A DNA stretch of 64,000 nucleotides from IMG/VR virus record IMGVR_UViG_3300042195_000059, positions 1 through 64,000 of that record, one strand, 5' to 3'. Positions 26,538 through 33,965 of this stretch are shown here, in pieces (the first letter of the stretch is position 1; each line of letters starts with the position of its first letter). The notes under the pieces are model-generated. The model saw nothing but the letters and a program-made list of their open reading frames with translations. It searched no databases and had not been told where the DNA came from. This DNA comes from a virus. The translations under genes and the position numbers were made by a program.

Positions 26538-27415
26538 AGCAGCTCTCCCGTGTAGGTTCCGTTCAAGCTGTATGAACCGTTCATTTTTCGGTGTTTTTGA
26601 TCGAGATTTCCGAACTGCTTGGCCTTGCGCATCCAGGTCTGAAAAGCCTGATCCCAGTTCAAAAACCGATTTCCCTTCGACTGGTGGAAATCTCGAAATG
26701 CATCGAACTGCTCGGCGATTTGCTCCGCAGTGGCTCCGATCTTGTTCCCCTTCGCCCACGAAATCGTCTCAGCCGCTGGTTGCCAATCCGGGGGCATTCG
26801 ACGAGCGCGTTTTTTGGGCTCTGCCGGTTCATCCGAATTTTCATCGTGGGGACCAACAGGGGTATTTTTATTGGTAGTATTTTCTTTAGGGGGTGTGGGG
26901 GGTATTTCTTTTTGCGTGGCATCACCGTGACCCTCGCTTTTTGACACCTCGGTATCACCGTGACCCTTGCTCTGTGATACCTCGGTATCTGGGAGACCCT
27001 CGCTTTTTGAACCCGGTATCACAAAGAGACCGGCTTTCTGATACCTGGCTCTCAATGACCCGGTATCACTGTGACCCTTGGTTCTGACGGTCAAGCTCTC
27101 CAGCGCTGCTTCAATATCAGTGATGGTAATGCACGATTTTGGTGTATACTCAGTTGTTGCACCGTGGTTCGGATTGACCTCAAAGAACGCTTTCAGCAGC
27201 CCGTAGGAACGCTTGAACGTGGCCTCCGAACATGATGCATCAGCGAGAATTTCGGCTCGACGCGGCGACGCTTTGCCGCCGGCCTTCTGCGCACGGCGGG
27301 CGATGACGAGCTGAATCAGCTTTTGCTGCGCGGATGCCGGCGATGAAACGACGAGATCGAAGAACTCGTTAAAATCGAACGGCGGGATATTATGCCCCTG
27401 TCCTGGTGGGTTCAT
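26534..27415 (-). CDS. Replication initiator-like protein carrying internal iterons
   Basis: Start moved to ATG 27415 (MNPPGQGHNIPPF..), an ATGA overlap. Located immediately upstream of the helicase. The central low-complexity part is encoded by the iteron array. Confidence 0.55.
   Translation of the reverse strand: MNPPGQGHNIPPFDFNEFFDLVVSSPASAQQKLIQLVIARRAQKAGGKASPRRAEILADASCSEATFKRSYGLLKAFFEVNPNHGATTEYTPKSCITITDIEAALESLTVRTKGHSDTGSLRARYQKAGLFVIPGSKSEGLPDTEVSQSKGHGDTEVSKSEGHGDATQKEIPPTPPKENTTNKNTPVGPHDENSDEPAEPKKRARRMPPDWQPAAETISWAKGNKIGATAEQIAEQFDAFRDFHQSKGNRFLNWDQAFQTWMRKAKQFGNLDQKHRKMNGSYSLNGTYTGELL
26918..27082. repeat. Iteron array (putative phage ori) inside the initiator gene
   Basis: Five copies of GG(T/C)ATCAC(C/T)GTGACCCT(C/T)G(C/G)T-like 21-mers start at 26918, 26951, 26984, 27015 and 27062, mostly spaced 33 bp apart. 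Inverted GTGATACC copies lie at 26974-26981; a partial TGATACC lies at 27039-27045. Confidence 0.55.
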
Positions 27416-27693
27416 GCTGCGCCTCCTTTCCGTAGGAGATTCATGCACTTCTTGCATTTTGTGAAATTTCCAGGTGCGAATAGCGGGCACTGGCCATTGT
27501 GGAGGAACGCCGGAGCGTCTACGCTCTCGCACAGGCTCTTGTAACCACGGTCGTGACGGAGCCAGAAATGCACCTTTTGCCGGCTGACGAAGCTTAGCTG
27601 CTTGGCCCAGACTTTTGAGATGCCGTGCGGAAGTTCTCCGCCTGTGCATTTGAAGCCGGTATCCGGCATCAGGGGAACGACGTTCTCACCCAT
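27412..27693 (-). CDS. Hypothetical Cys-rich protein
   Basis: 93-aa ORF. ATGA overlap downstream. Confidence 0.4.
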   Translation of the reverse strand: MGENVVPLMPDTGFKCTGGELPHGISKVWAKQLSFVSRQKVHFWLRHDRGYKSLCESVDAPAFLHNGQCPLFAPGNFTKCKKCMNLLRKGGAA

Positions 27694-27898
27694 TGACGCC
27701 TCCCTGAACAGGCTGGAGAAACGACACGTGGATCATTTCAGGCTGTTTCCGGCCGTCTAATAAGACCTTGAATCGCTGGTCTGTTCTTGGATGCGGCGCT
27801 ACGATGACGCCGGTTTTCGGAAGGATTCTGTCCCGCGGGAACATCCTTGCGAAAGCGTCGTTGGTTTCGATGCGATCTCCGGGTTTGAGCTTAGACAT
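27686..27898 (-). CDS. Hypothetical protein
   Basis: 70 aa with a GGGAGG RBS upstream of ATG 27898. Confidence 0.45.
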   Translation of the reverse strand: MSKLKPGDRIETNDAFARMFPRDRILPKTGVIVAPHPRTDQRFKVLLDGRKQPEMIHVSFLQPVQGGVNG

Positions 27899-28367
27899 TT
27901 GCGCCTCCCTTTATGCGATCGATGATGGAGCGGAGGGCGCGGGCTTGGCCCAACGTGATGGTAAGATCGTTTCGATCCACGCCTCCGCGCGGGAGGCGAC
28001 GCGGGAAGAACCGCTCCTGCAAGCGCTCAATGAGGTTTCGATCCACGCCTCCGCGCGGGAGGCGTGGATCGAAGTAGTCCGGTAATGGCGGCTCAGGGTA
28101 TTTTTGCTCACGCTTCTCAAGCGCTTGCATGATAGGCTCTGCCGCCTCTATCAGATCTGTGACCCCAAGTGCCGAAAGGACTATCTCTGCAGAAATCTCG
28201 ATGATTTCCTCGTGGTCCCCTACGGCGACGCCCTCGGGAAGATTCCGTGGATCTCCGCTCTTGCCGATGATGGTGAGAGTCTTACCGTCTTCTGATTTGA
28301 GGACAGCAGGGCATGCGCCGATAGAGCAACGATGCTGAGGGGTGGTGATGTTTATGAGTTTGGTCAT
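27891..28367 (-). CDS. Hypothetical protein whose 3' third is occupied by the CRISPR-like repeat pair
   Basis: 158-aa ORF. The N-terminal ~95 aa look like ordinary coding sequence. The C-terminal part contains the duplicated PRLPRGGVDRN encoded by the repeats. Confidence 0.35.
   Translation of the reverse strand: MTKLINITTPQHRCSIGACPAVLKSEDGKTLTIIGKSGDPRNLPEGVAVGDHEEIIEISAEIVLSALGVTDLIEAAEPIMQALEKREQKYPEPPLPDYFDPRLPRGGVDRNLIERLQERFFPRRLPRGGVDRNDLTITLGQARALRSIIDRIKGGANV
27969..28066 (-). CRISPR. Orphan mini-array: two type I-C-like 32-nt repeats and one 34-nt spacer
   Basis: An identical 30-mer occurs at 27969-27998 and 28035-28064. The minus-strand unit is GTCGCCTCCCGCGCGGAGGCGTGGATCGAAAC. 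The spacer is 28001-28034. No cas genes in the window. Confidence 0.5.
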
Positions 28368-28777
28368 GCGCGCTCTCCCACTGGCTGGAAGGGCTTTGAA
28401 CTGGATACAGAGGGGATAGGGGCTGTAAGCCTCTCAGGAAGCGCGACAGGGCCAAGTTCGGAAAAAGCCAGCCGTGACATCAGCTCATAGAAATCGGCGT
28501 CCACGGCGTCAGGAAGCAGCCTCAGGGCATATAGCCATCCAACGGCGACTTCCTCGTCATAACAGCCGGTAAGCCATTCATTGATGACGCCGTGAAGGAT
28601 GATCTCGGTGGTGGTTTGATCCGCGTTGAGCTTTGCGCGCCATGCGGAGGTTTCACGGCGGCGGTATTCGCCGGAGTCAACGATGGTGGCGTCAAGCGTC
28701 ACGTCGTCGAGGATGTTTCCACTGTCAAGATATGGCTCTTGATCTTGCCTCAATTCGGCGCTATATGGTGTAGACAT
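28364..28777 (-). CDS. Hypothetical protein
   Basis: 137-aa ORF with a 4-nt overlap downstream. Confidence 0.4.
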   Translation of the reverse strand: MSTPYSAELRQDQEPYLDSGNILDDVTLDATIVDSGEYRRRETSAWRAKLNADQTTTEIILHGVINEWLTGCYDEEVAVGWLYALRLLPDAVDADFYELMSRLAFSELGPVALPERLTAPIPSVSSSKPFQPVGERA

Positions 28778-28942
28778 GGTGTTCTGGCCTCATCTTTTTG
28801 AGGTTTGTGTTAATTCCTGTCGCTGAAAACTGATCTGCCCGATCACGTCTTCAGCACTCGGCTTGGTCAGCCCTTCGAAAGACTCAAAACTCAACAAACG
28901 TTTTTGCTTGGCACCCCGGTTCGCGGCCGGGGTCCAACACCT

Positions 28943-30250
28943 CTATGCCGCTTTCCTCTTCGCGATTGACTGGCGTATGACAGCGCCGTAAACGACGCCC
29001 TTGGAGTTGCGCGCCCTGTCGACAAATTCGCCGATGAAACGCCCAAAATGATTACGACCAACAGGGCTTCGGTCGTTGTCACGGCACCAGCGGCGGAAGT
29101 CGGTGTAGATGTCGTCGCCCGCCGTGCCGCCGGCCTTCCACCCGCCCTTTGAGGTCAGGTTGATTTCAGCTGATGACGACGCTGTATCCAGCCGCTCATC
29201 GACGTAAGAGCTTACGAGGGCACGGTTTTGCCGGTCGATGATCTCTTTCTTCCGGCGCTTCTCATCCCGCTTCTTGACGGGAGGTTCATAGAGCGTGACG
29301 ACGTTGTTCTCAGGCTGTACGGTGTCGTCAGGCTTGCCGTCAGGCTCAGCAACCGGCGTGCCTCCATCGTCAGGCGCAGCCGGCGGTGCAGGCGGCTCCG
29401 GCGCTGCCGTGACGGAACGTGTCACAGGCTTTACAGGCAGCGTCAGGGACGGCGTGTAAGCCTTGCGGGGGATGATGATGGCAGGCGCCACGGGACGCCT
29501 TGCAAAGAATGGCGACCAGATCGCCCACAGTCCAAAGGCCGTTGCTGCCTCCACGAGAAGTGCGATGAAAATCTTGACGAACAGGACAATCGATCCGTCA
29601 TCAACGCCACTGACGGCAGATAGCGAATTGGTTCTCGGATCAACCACCGTCACGCGATCGGTTTTCTTCAGCTCTTCACGCTTGAGCGCAAGCTGTCCGT
29701 CCAGCCACATGGCGCGCTCAGCATGGCCGATCTCCGCCTCCAGCTTGCCGAATGTCGGGCAATGCTTCTCCGTAACGGGGCCGTCTATCTTGACGCACCC
29801 GTTGATGCCGGGAATACGCAGGAGCGCGTCGATGTCGGCCTTGATGGTCTTCATCGGCCTGACATCAAGAACCTGTTCACGCTGCGCCTTCAGGCGCGTG
29901 ATCTCTGCCGTCAGCTCATGCCATTCTGATGCCGCTTTTCCGCGCGAGTCTTGAAGCGTGGAGAATTTTGACGATATAAATCCTACGGCTGATATCATCG
30001 ACCACACCGTAAAGCCGATGAACAGGAGCAGGAGCGCGCCGCCCTGAAACCAGTGCCGATTGCGCCAGAGTGAGAACACGCCGATCAGAGCCACGACCTT
30101 GATGAGGTCAGAAGCAACCGACACTCCGCCGATGACCGGCCCACCGAAATCCATCCCATAGATGAAGTTCGCAGCGGTCGAAGCGGTTATGAGGACGAGC
30201 AGCGCCGCAGAGACCGGCAACACCCACCAGAGATCTTTTCGCTCAGACAT
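28943..30250 (-). CDS. Multi-pass membrane protein with coiled-coil and proline-rich linker
   Basis: 435 aa. There are about 4 N-terminal TM helices, a further TM pair around FVKIFIALLVEAATAFGLWAIW, and a PEPPAPPAAPDD linker. A GGGGAAAG RBS is present. Confidence 0.5.
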   Translation of the reverse strand: MSERKDLWWVLPVSAALLVLITASTAANFIYGMDFGGPVIGGVSVASDLIKVVALIGVFSLWRNRHWFQGGALLLLFIGFTVWSMISAVGFISSKFSTLQDSRGKAASEWHELTAEITRLKAQREQVLDVRPMKTIKADIDALLRIPGINGCVKIDGPVTEKHCPTFGKLEAEIGHAERAMWLDGQLALKREELKKTDRVTVVDPRTNSLSAVSGVDDGSIVLFVKIFIALLVEAATAFGLWAIWSPFFARRPVAPAIIIPRKAYTPSLTLPVKPVTRSVTAAPEPPAPPAAPDDGGTPVAEPDGKPDDTVQPENNVVTLYEPPVKKRDEKRRKKEIIDRQNRALVSSYVDERLDTASSSAEINLTSKGGWKAGGTAGDDIYTDFRRWCRDNDRSPVGRNHFGRFIGEFVDRARNSKGVVYGAVIRQSIAKRKAA

Positions 30251-30356
30251 TTGACTTTCCCCGACTTGTGAGAGATACTTGATCGGTTTTTACGGGGACG
30301 CATTACAGGGGGACTTCACAAGCAGGTTGGCTGGCGGGCCGCCTGCTTTCGCTTTT

Positions 30357-30476
30357 TTAGACGCCTGGCAGCATGCTAGTAGCCGCATCCAGATATTCAG
30401 CGGCGAAGTAGATAATCGCTATGACGGCAACGCCGATGGCGAGATACCAAAACCACTTCGGGATGTATGGGGGCAT
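30357..30476 (-). CDS. Small single-pass membrane protein (39 aa, below ORF-track cutoff)
   Basis: My translation is MPPYIPKWFWYLAIGVAVIAIIYFAAEYLDAATSMLPGV. The ATG lies 4 nt after the upstream stop. Confidence 0.35.
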   Translation of the reverse strand: MPPYIPKWFWYLAIGVAVIAIIYFAAEYLDAATSMLPGV

Positions 30477-30479
30477 TGC

Positions 30480-30737
30480 TCAGTCTCCCTTGAGGTAAGT
30501 TGCAAAAACGCCTGCGGTCCTTACAATGGCTCCGGCGTCGAAGTTTTCAGCCTTGGCGCAAGCCTGTATCGCCAGTTCCAGCGCTGTATGACGGCGGCCT
30601 TCTTCTATTCCTTCGGACAACGCCGGAGAGAACATTCCGACGCCCTGACCGTTCGTTCCGACTGGACCGAAATTGTCCAAAATGTCGTCACCGTTCATTT
30701 TCTCAGTCTCCATATTCGCCCGGCAGCCTATTGCCAC
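30480..30737 (-). CDS. Hypothetical protein
   Basis: 85-aa ORF directly downstream of the porin gene. The competing plus-strand ORF 30279-30749 looks like a shadow. Confidence 0.35.
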   Translation of the reverse strand: MAIGCRANMETEKMNGDDILDNFGPVGTNGQGVGMFSPALSEGIEEGRRHTALELAIQACAKAENFDAGAIVRTAGVFATYLKGD

Positions 30738-30758
30738 CGGGCTTTGTGAAACGTTAGA

Positions 30759-31694
30759 TTAGAAGCTGTTGAGCTTGATTTTCAGCGTGCCGAGAATTTT
30801 GGTTTCGCTGAGATCATCGCTGACGCTAGCGCCGACGTTGCTGTCAGCGTCGTAGGCATCGAAGATCGTCTCTTTGTCGTAGAAGGTGTGGGTGCCTTCG
30901 ATACCGAAGAAGACATTGTTGGCCACGGCAAGCTCGATACCGGCTCCGACAGTGATGCCGTCGAAAGTGGTGGTCTTGCTGAGAGTGGCCGCGCCGTCTG
31001 TGACGCTCAGATCGTATTCAGTCTGGGTGTAGGCAGCGAGGGCGTACAGCAGGGTGCTGTTGTTGACCAGCACACCGGCGCGAACGCCTGCCGACCAGTC
31101 ATCGCCGCGTTCGAGTTTGAAGCTGCCGACGCCAGCAACAGAGCCGTCAGCGTCCATGTTCGAGAAGCCATAGGTGCCGAAGACGCCGACCAGAAAGCGG
31201 TTGCTGAGCTGCTGGTCATAGCCAGCGCGAACATCGCCGACGATGCCGGTGCTATTCAGGCCGTCGAGGTGAGCGATTTCGCGACTATCGCCGGGGACTG
31301 TAGCGAAATCGCCTTCTTTCGCAGGAAAGATTTTATACGGATTGCCATGAGTGACAGTTTCACAAGAAAGCCAATCTGTCGTCGGTACGACAGCTTTATC
31401 AATTCTTGTTGCTAAGGTATCATCACGATCCTTATTGCCAAATGGATCGAAGTCCAAGTCAGCGGTATCGTCTGAGCAATAGTCCTTGAAATAATCCCGC
31501 ACGCTCAGATCATGGTTGGCATTCCCATACCCGATAGCGCCGCCGAGATAAAAGCCGCTCCAGTTCACCGCAGTTCCCTGTGGAGCTGGATCGTTAAGGG
31601 AGTCGAGAAGATCGCTGGATTGAGCGAAATTCGGCGAAAAAATGACCAGTGAGGCCGCAATCGCCATAGACAACTTTGAGATTTGCATGTACAA
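30759..31694 (-). CDS. Outer-membrane beta-barrel protein, Omp25/Omp31 (OMP_b-brl) family
   Basis: Signal peptide MQISKLSMAIAASLVIFSPNFAQS. NWSGFYLGGAIGYG motif. Alternating beta-strand pattern. Terminal ..LKIKLNSF aromatic residue. Confidence 0.7.
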   Translation of the reverse strand: MYMQISKLSMAIAASLVIFSPNFAQSSDLLDSLNDPAPQGTAVNWSGFYLGGAIGYGNANHDLSVRDYFKDYCSDDTADLDFDPFGNKDRDDTLATRIDKAVVPTTDWLSCETVTHGNPYKIFPAKEGDFATVPGDSREIAHLDGLNSTGIVGDVRAGYDQQLSNRFLVGVFGTYGFSNMDADGSVAGVGSFKLERGDDWSAGVRAGVLVNNSTLLYALAAYTQTEYDLSVTDGAATLSKTTTFDGITVGAGIELAVANNVFFGIEGTHTFYDKETIFDAYDADSNVGASVSDDLSETKILGTLKIKLNSF

Positions 31695-31765
31695 TTTTCC
31701 TATGTTGACAGTGACGTATTTACATCACCAGTGTACCCGGCGTTTCCCCCGCCGGGATCTCGTTT

Positions 31766-32335
31766 TCAAGCAGCCGCTTGATTGAATTTCCCTGTTTCGT
31801 CGCCCCATGAGTCCCAGCCGGTACGATCCGTGCGACTGAACAGCTCGACGCGCCAAGCATCCGGCAGATAGCGTTCTGCCCATGCGTAAGCTTCGTCCGG
31901 TTTGCGTGAGTGCTCTCTGACAAGTCCCTCGATGACGTTGCGCTCTGATCGCGAATTGATCGGATTGCCGATGAAGCCCAGAAGGAAGGGTTCGGAGGCG
32001 GAGCGCACGCGGTAGCCGGTGCCGAACGCCGTCTTGCCGTTCACGGTCTTCTTGTGCCAAACGCCGCCGGTTTTATAGTCGAAGCCCCAAGCGCTCATGA
32101 CTTCGAACGCCTTGTCGAGCATGGGCCATGTCGCCCAGAGAAAGAGGCAGCAGTCGCCAGATGCGAGTTGTGAAACCGGAAGCGCTTTGATAGCCTCAAG
32201 ATCCATGCAATCGTAATGGTGCTTGGCGTTTTTCTTCTCGCCCTTGACGCTCCAGTTCATGAAGTTCCAAGGCGGGTCGGCGACAATCATTCCGTATGTG
32301 AGCGGGCGCAAGGGCGCGAAGGGCCAGTCTGTCAT
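31766..32335 (-). CDS. MT-A70 family N6-adenine DNA methyltransferase
   Basis: Start moved to ATG 32335 (MTDWPF..), an ATGA overlap. Catalytic IVADPPWNF motif. Confidence 0.8.
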   Translation of the reverse strand: MTDWPFAPLRPLTYGMIVADPPWNFMNWSVKGEKKNAKHHYDCMDLEAIKALPVSQLASGDCCLFLWATWPMLDKAFEVMSAWGFDYKTGGVWHKKTVNGKTAFGTGYRVRSASEPFLLGFIGNPINSRSERNVIEGLVREHSRKPDEAYAWAERYLPDAWRVELFSRTDRTGWDSWGDETGKFNQAAA

Positions 32336-32481
32336 ACGACCTCCCCACGCTTGGCGAATCTCGTCTTCGCGTAACGAGCGCATACAGGCTTACGTGACTT
32401 GACCTTGGCCTCATCGCGTTCGACTTTGACTTTTCCGTCACTGTCGATTTTGAGTTTGAAAATGTCGCCGAGCTTGGTCAT
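32332..32481 (-). CDS. Small hypothetical protein (49 aa)
   Basis: ATG 32481 (MTKLGDIFKLKID..) has ATGA overlaps at both ends. Confidence 0.35.
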   Translation of the reverse strand: MTKLGDIFKLKIDSDGKVKVERDEAKVKSRKPVCARYAKTRFAKRGEVV

Positions 32482-33491
32482 GCTTCGCACACTCCCCACT
32501 GATCGCAGGCGGTGCCGAAATCGATTGCCGTCACCAAATTGTATTGACGCCCGCCCCGATCCGTTTTCGACCACTCGACGTGATTACGGACGCCGTGTGT
32601 CTGGTGGGAAATTTCTCCGCGCTCGCGAACGGCAGGATCATCGCAAGCGGCGAAAAACGTGGCCTGCCCACGTTTTGACACTTCGCTGACGAGGCTTTCC
32701 CATGCTTCAATGCGTTCGATGTGCTCCGGGAAACGGCGCGAAATTTCTCGCAGTTCCGACTTCCGGCACATGATGCAAGGCATGCATCCGACGCGGTTCA
32801 TGCCTTGCTCGTAAAGCGGGTTAGGCTTGAGATCGTGGCGCTTGTGCATTGCCCACACGTCATCGATCGTCCAGCGCAGCAACGGGCGGTAGGCGTATAG
32901 CCGCCCCGGCAGGTCAGTGATTTCCCGCTGTTCGAGGTGCTGCCACGCTGGGAGGAACGACCGGGCAACGCTTTCATCCGCTCGGACGCCCTGCCACGAG
33001 ATAACGCGCCGCCCTTCGGACAGGATCGGGCAATTGACCTGCTTGTTGATCGGCTTGACCTTAAGCTCTTCGGTGCAGAACCGGGCCTTCGTCGAAGGAA
33101 AGCGGCCTTTCATCATGCACAGGTCAAGGAACGGATTGCCGGTCGGATGGAACAGTTGCAGCGCGCGCTTGATCTTGTCGGCAGGAACGCCATCAAGTGG
33201 CCATTTCTCTGCGATAAATTTGCGCTTGCGCTCGAAATCTGCGGTGAAGTCAGCTCTCACCCATTGGATTTTAGGACCGCCGGTTTTCTTCGGCAGCGCG
33301 CGGACAAAATCATAGGTGGCTTCGTGCTCGTTGCCGGTGTCGGCGAAGACGGCTTTGAACGGCCTGCCACGCTCCATCGCCAGCAGATACAGTGCGGTGC
33401 TGTCTTTGCCGCCAGAGACAGAAACGATGTGCTCATATGGTCTGGCGCCGTTGACGATGACGCGCTTTGCGTTCGGGGGAAGCTTTTTCAT
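32478..33491 (-). CDS. Phosphoadenosine phosphosulfate (PAPS) reductase family protein
   Basis: PP-loop VSVSGGKDSTALYLL. Start at ATG 33491 (MKKLPPNAK..) overlaps the upstream stop. Confidence 0.8.
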   Translation of the reverse strand: MKKLPPNAKRVIVNGARPYEHIVSVSGGKDSTALYLLAMERGRPFKAVFADTGNEHEATYDFVRALPKKTGGPKIQWVRADFTADFERKRKFIAEKWPLDGVPADKIKRALQLFHPTGNPFLDLCMMKGRFPSTKARFCTEELKVKPINKQVNCPILSEGRRVISWQGVRADESVARSFLPAWQHLEQREITDLPGRLYAYRPLLRWTIDDVWAMHKRHDLKPNPLYEQGMNRVGCMPCIMCRKSELREISRRFPEHIERIEAWESLVSEVSKRGQATFFAACDDPAVRERGEISHQTHGVRNHVEWSKTDRGGRQYNLVTAIDFGTACDQWGVCEA

Positions 33492-33829
33492 GCTGCCCTC
33501 GCCTTGCACGAAGGCTCTGCAGAAACAGAATTCCGAACGGCATATTCAGTCTCGCCAAGATCGCGGGCGATGAAGCGGATGCTGAACCCGCAGGCGTAAA
33601 GGATGTTTGCGGCCTTCAGTTTGATATGGGGCAGGCGTTTGATACGCTCATGGATCGCGTCATTTCTGGCGCGCGCTTCTTCCGTGCAGGCTTTGCACCG
33701 CTCCGAATATCCGGTGTCTCTTGTCTTGTTACGGTTGAAGTTGCATGGCCTCAGTTCAAGCTCTTCCTTGCAAGGGCCTGTGCAAATGGCGGTTTTGATC
33801 ATGCGGCCCTCGCCGTTTTCGTCCAGCAT
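33488..33829 (-). CDS. Cys-rich small protein (zinc-ribbon plus HTH-like tail)
   Basis: Internal start at 33829 or 33802 (..MIKTAICTGPCKEEL..CKAC..). The upstream part of the tracked ORF crosses a 12-bp hairpin. Confidence 0.4.
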   Translation of the reverse strand: MLDENGEGRMIKTAICTGPCKEELELRPCNFNRNKTRDTGYSERCKACTEEARARNDAIHERIKRLPHIKLKAANILYACGFSIRFIARDLGETEYAVRNSVSAEPSCKARAA

Positions 33830-33848
33830 CGTTCCGTTCCGTCTAGGG

Positions 33849-33880
33849 TTGGCCCCTGCCGGGGGTGTGGCAGGGGCCAA
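33849..33880. other. Perfect 12-bp stem hairpin in an intergenic gap
   Basis: TTGGCCCCTGCC (33849-33860), an 8-nt loop, then GGCAGGGGCCAA (33869-33880). No U-tract on either strand. Confidence 0.5.
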
Positions 33881-33965
33881 GGGCACTATGAGAAAGTACT
33901 CAGCGGTGACGCTGGACGAGCCGCTTACACAACCAAACGCAACGCTTACGAAACTGGGAAGGCAC

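Noticed and set aside
27969-28066. Canonical CRISPR-Cas locus
   Set aside because: There are only two repeat units, no leader-like AT-rich region that I can define and no cas genes anywhere in the window. It is reported as an orphan mini-array or repeat mimic rather than a CRISPR-Cas system. A REP-type palindrome remains an alternative.
30315-30358. Hairpin AGCAGG...CCTGCT followed by TTCGCTTTTTT as a plus-strand terminator
   Set aside because: No plus-strand gene ends upstream of it. On the minus strand, which is the transcribed direction, the A-run precedes the stem, so it would not terminate. It was left uncalled.
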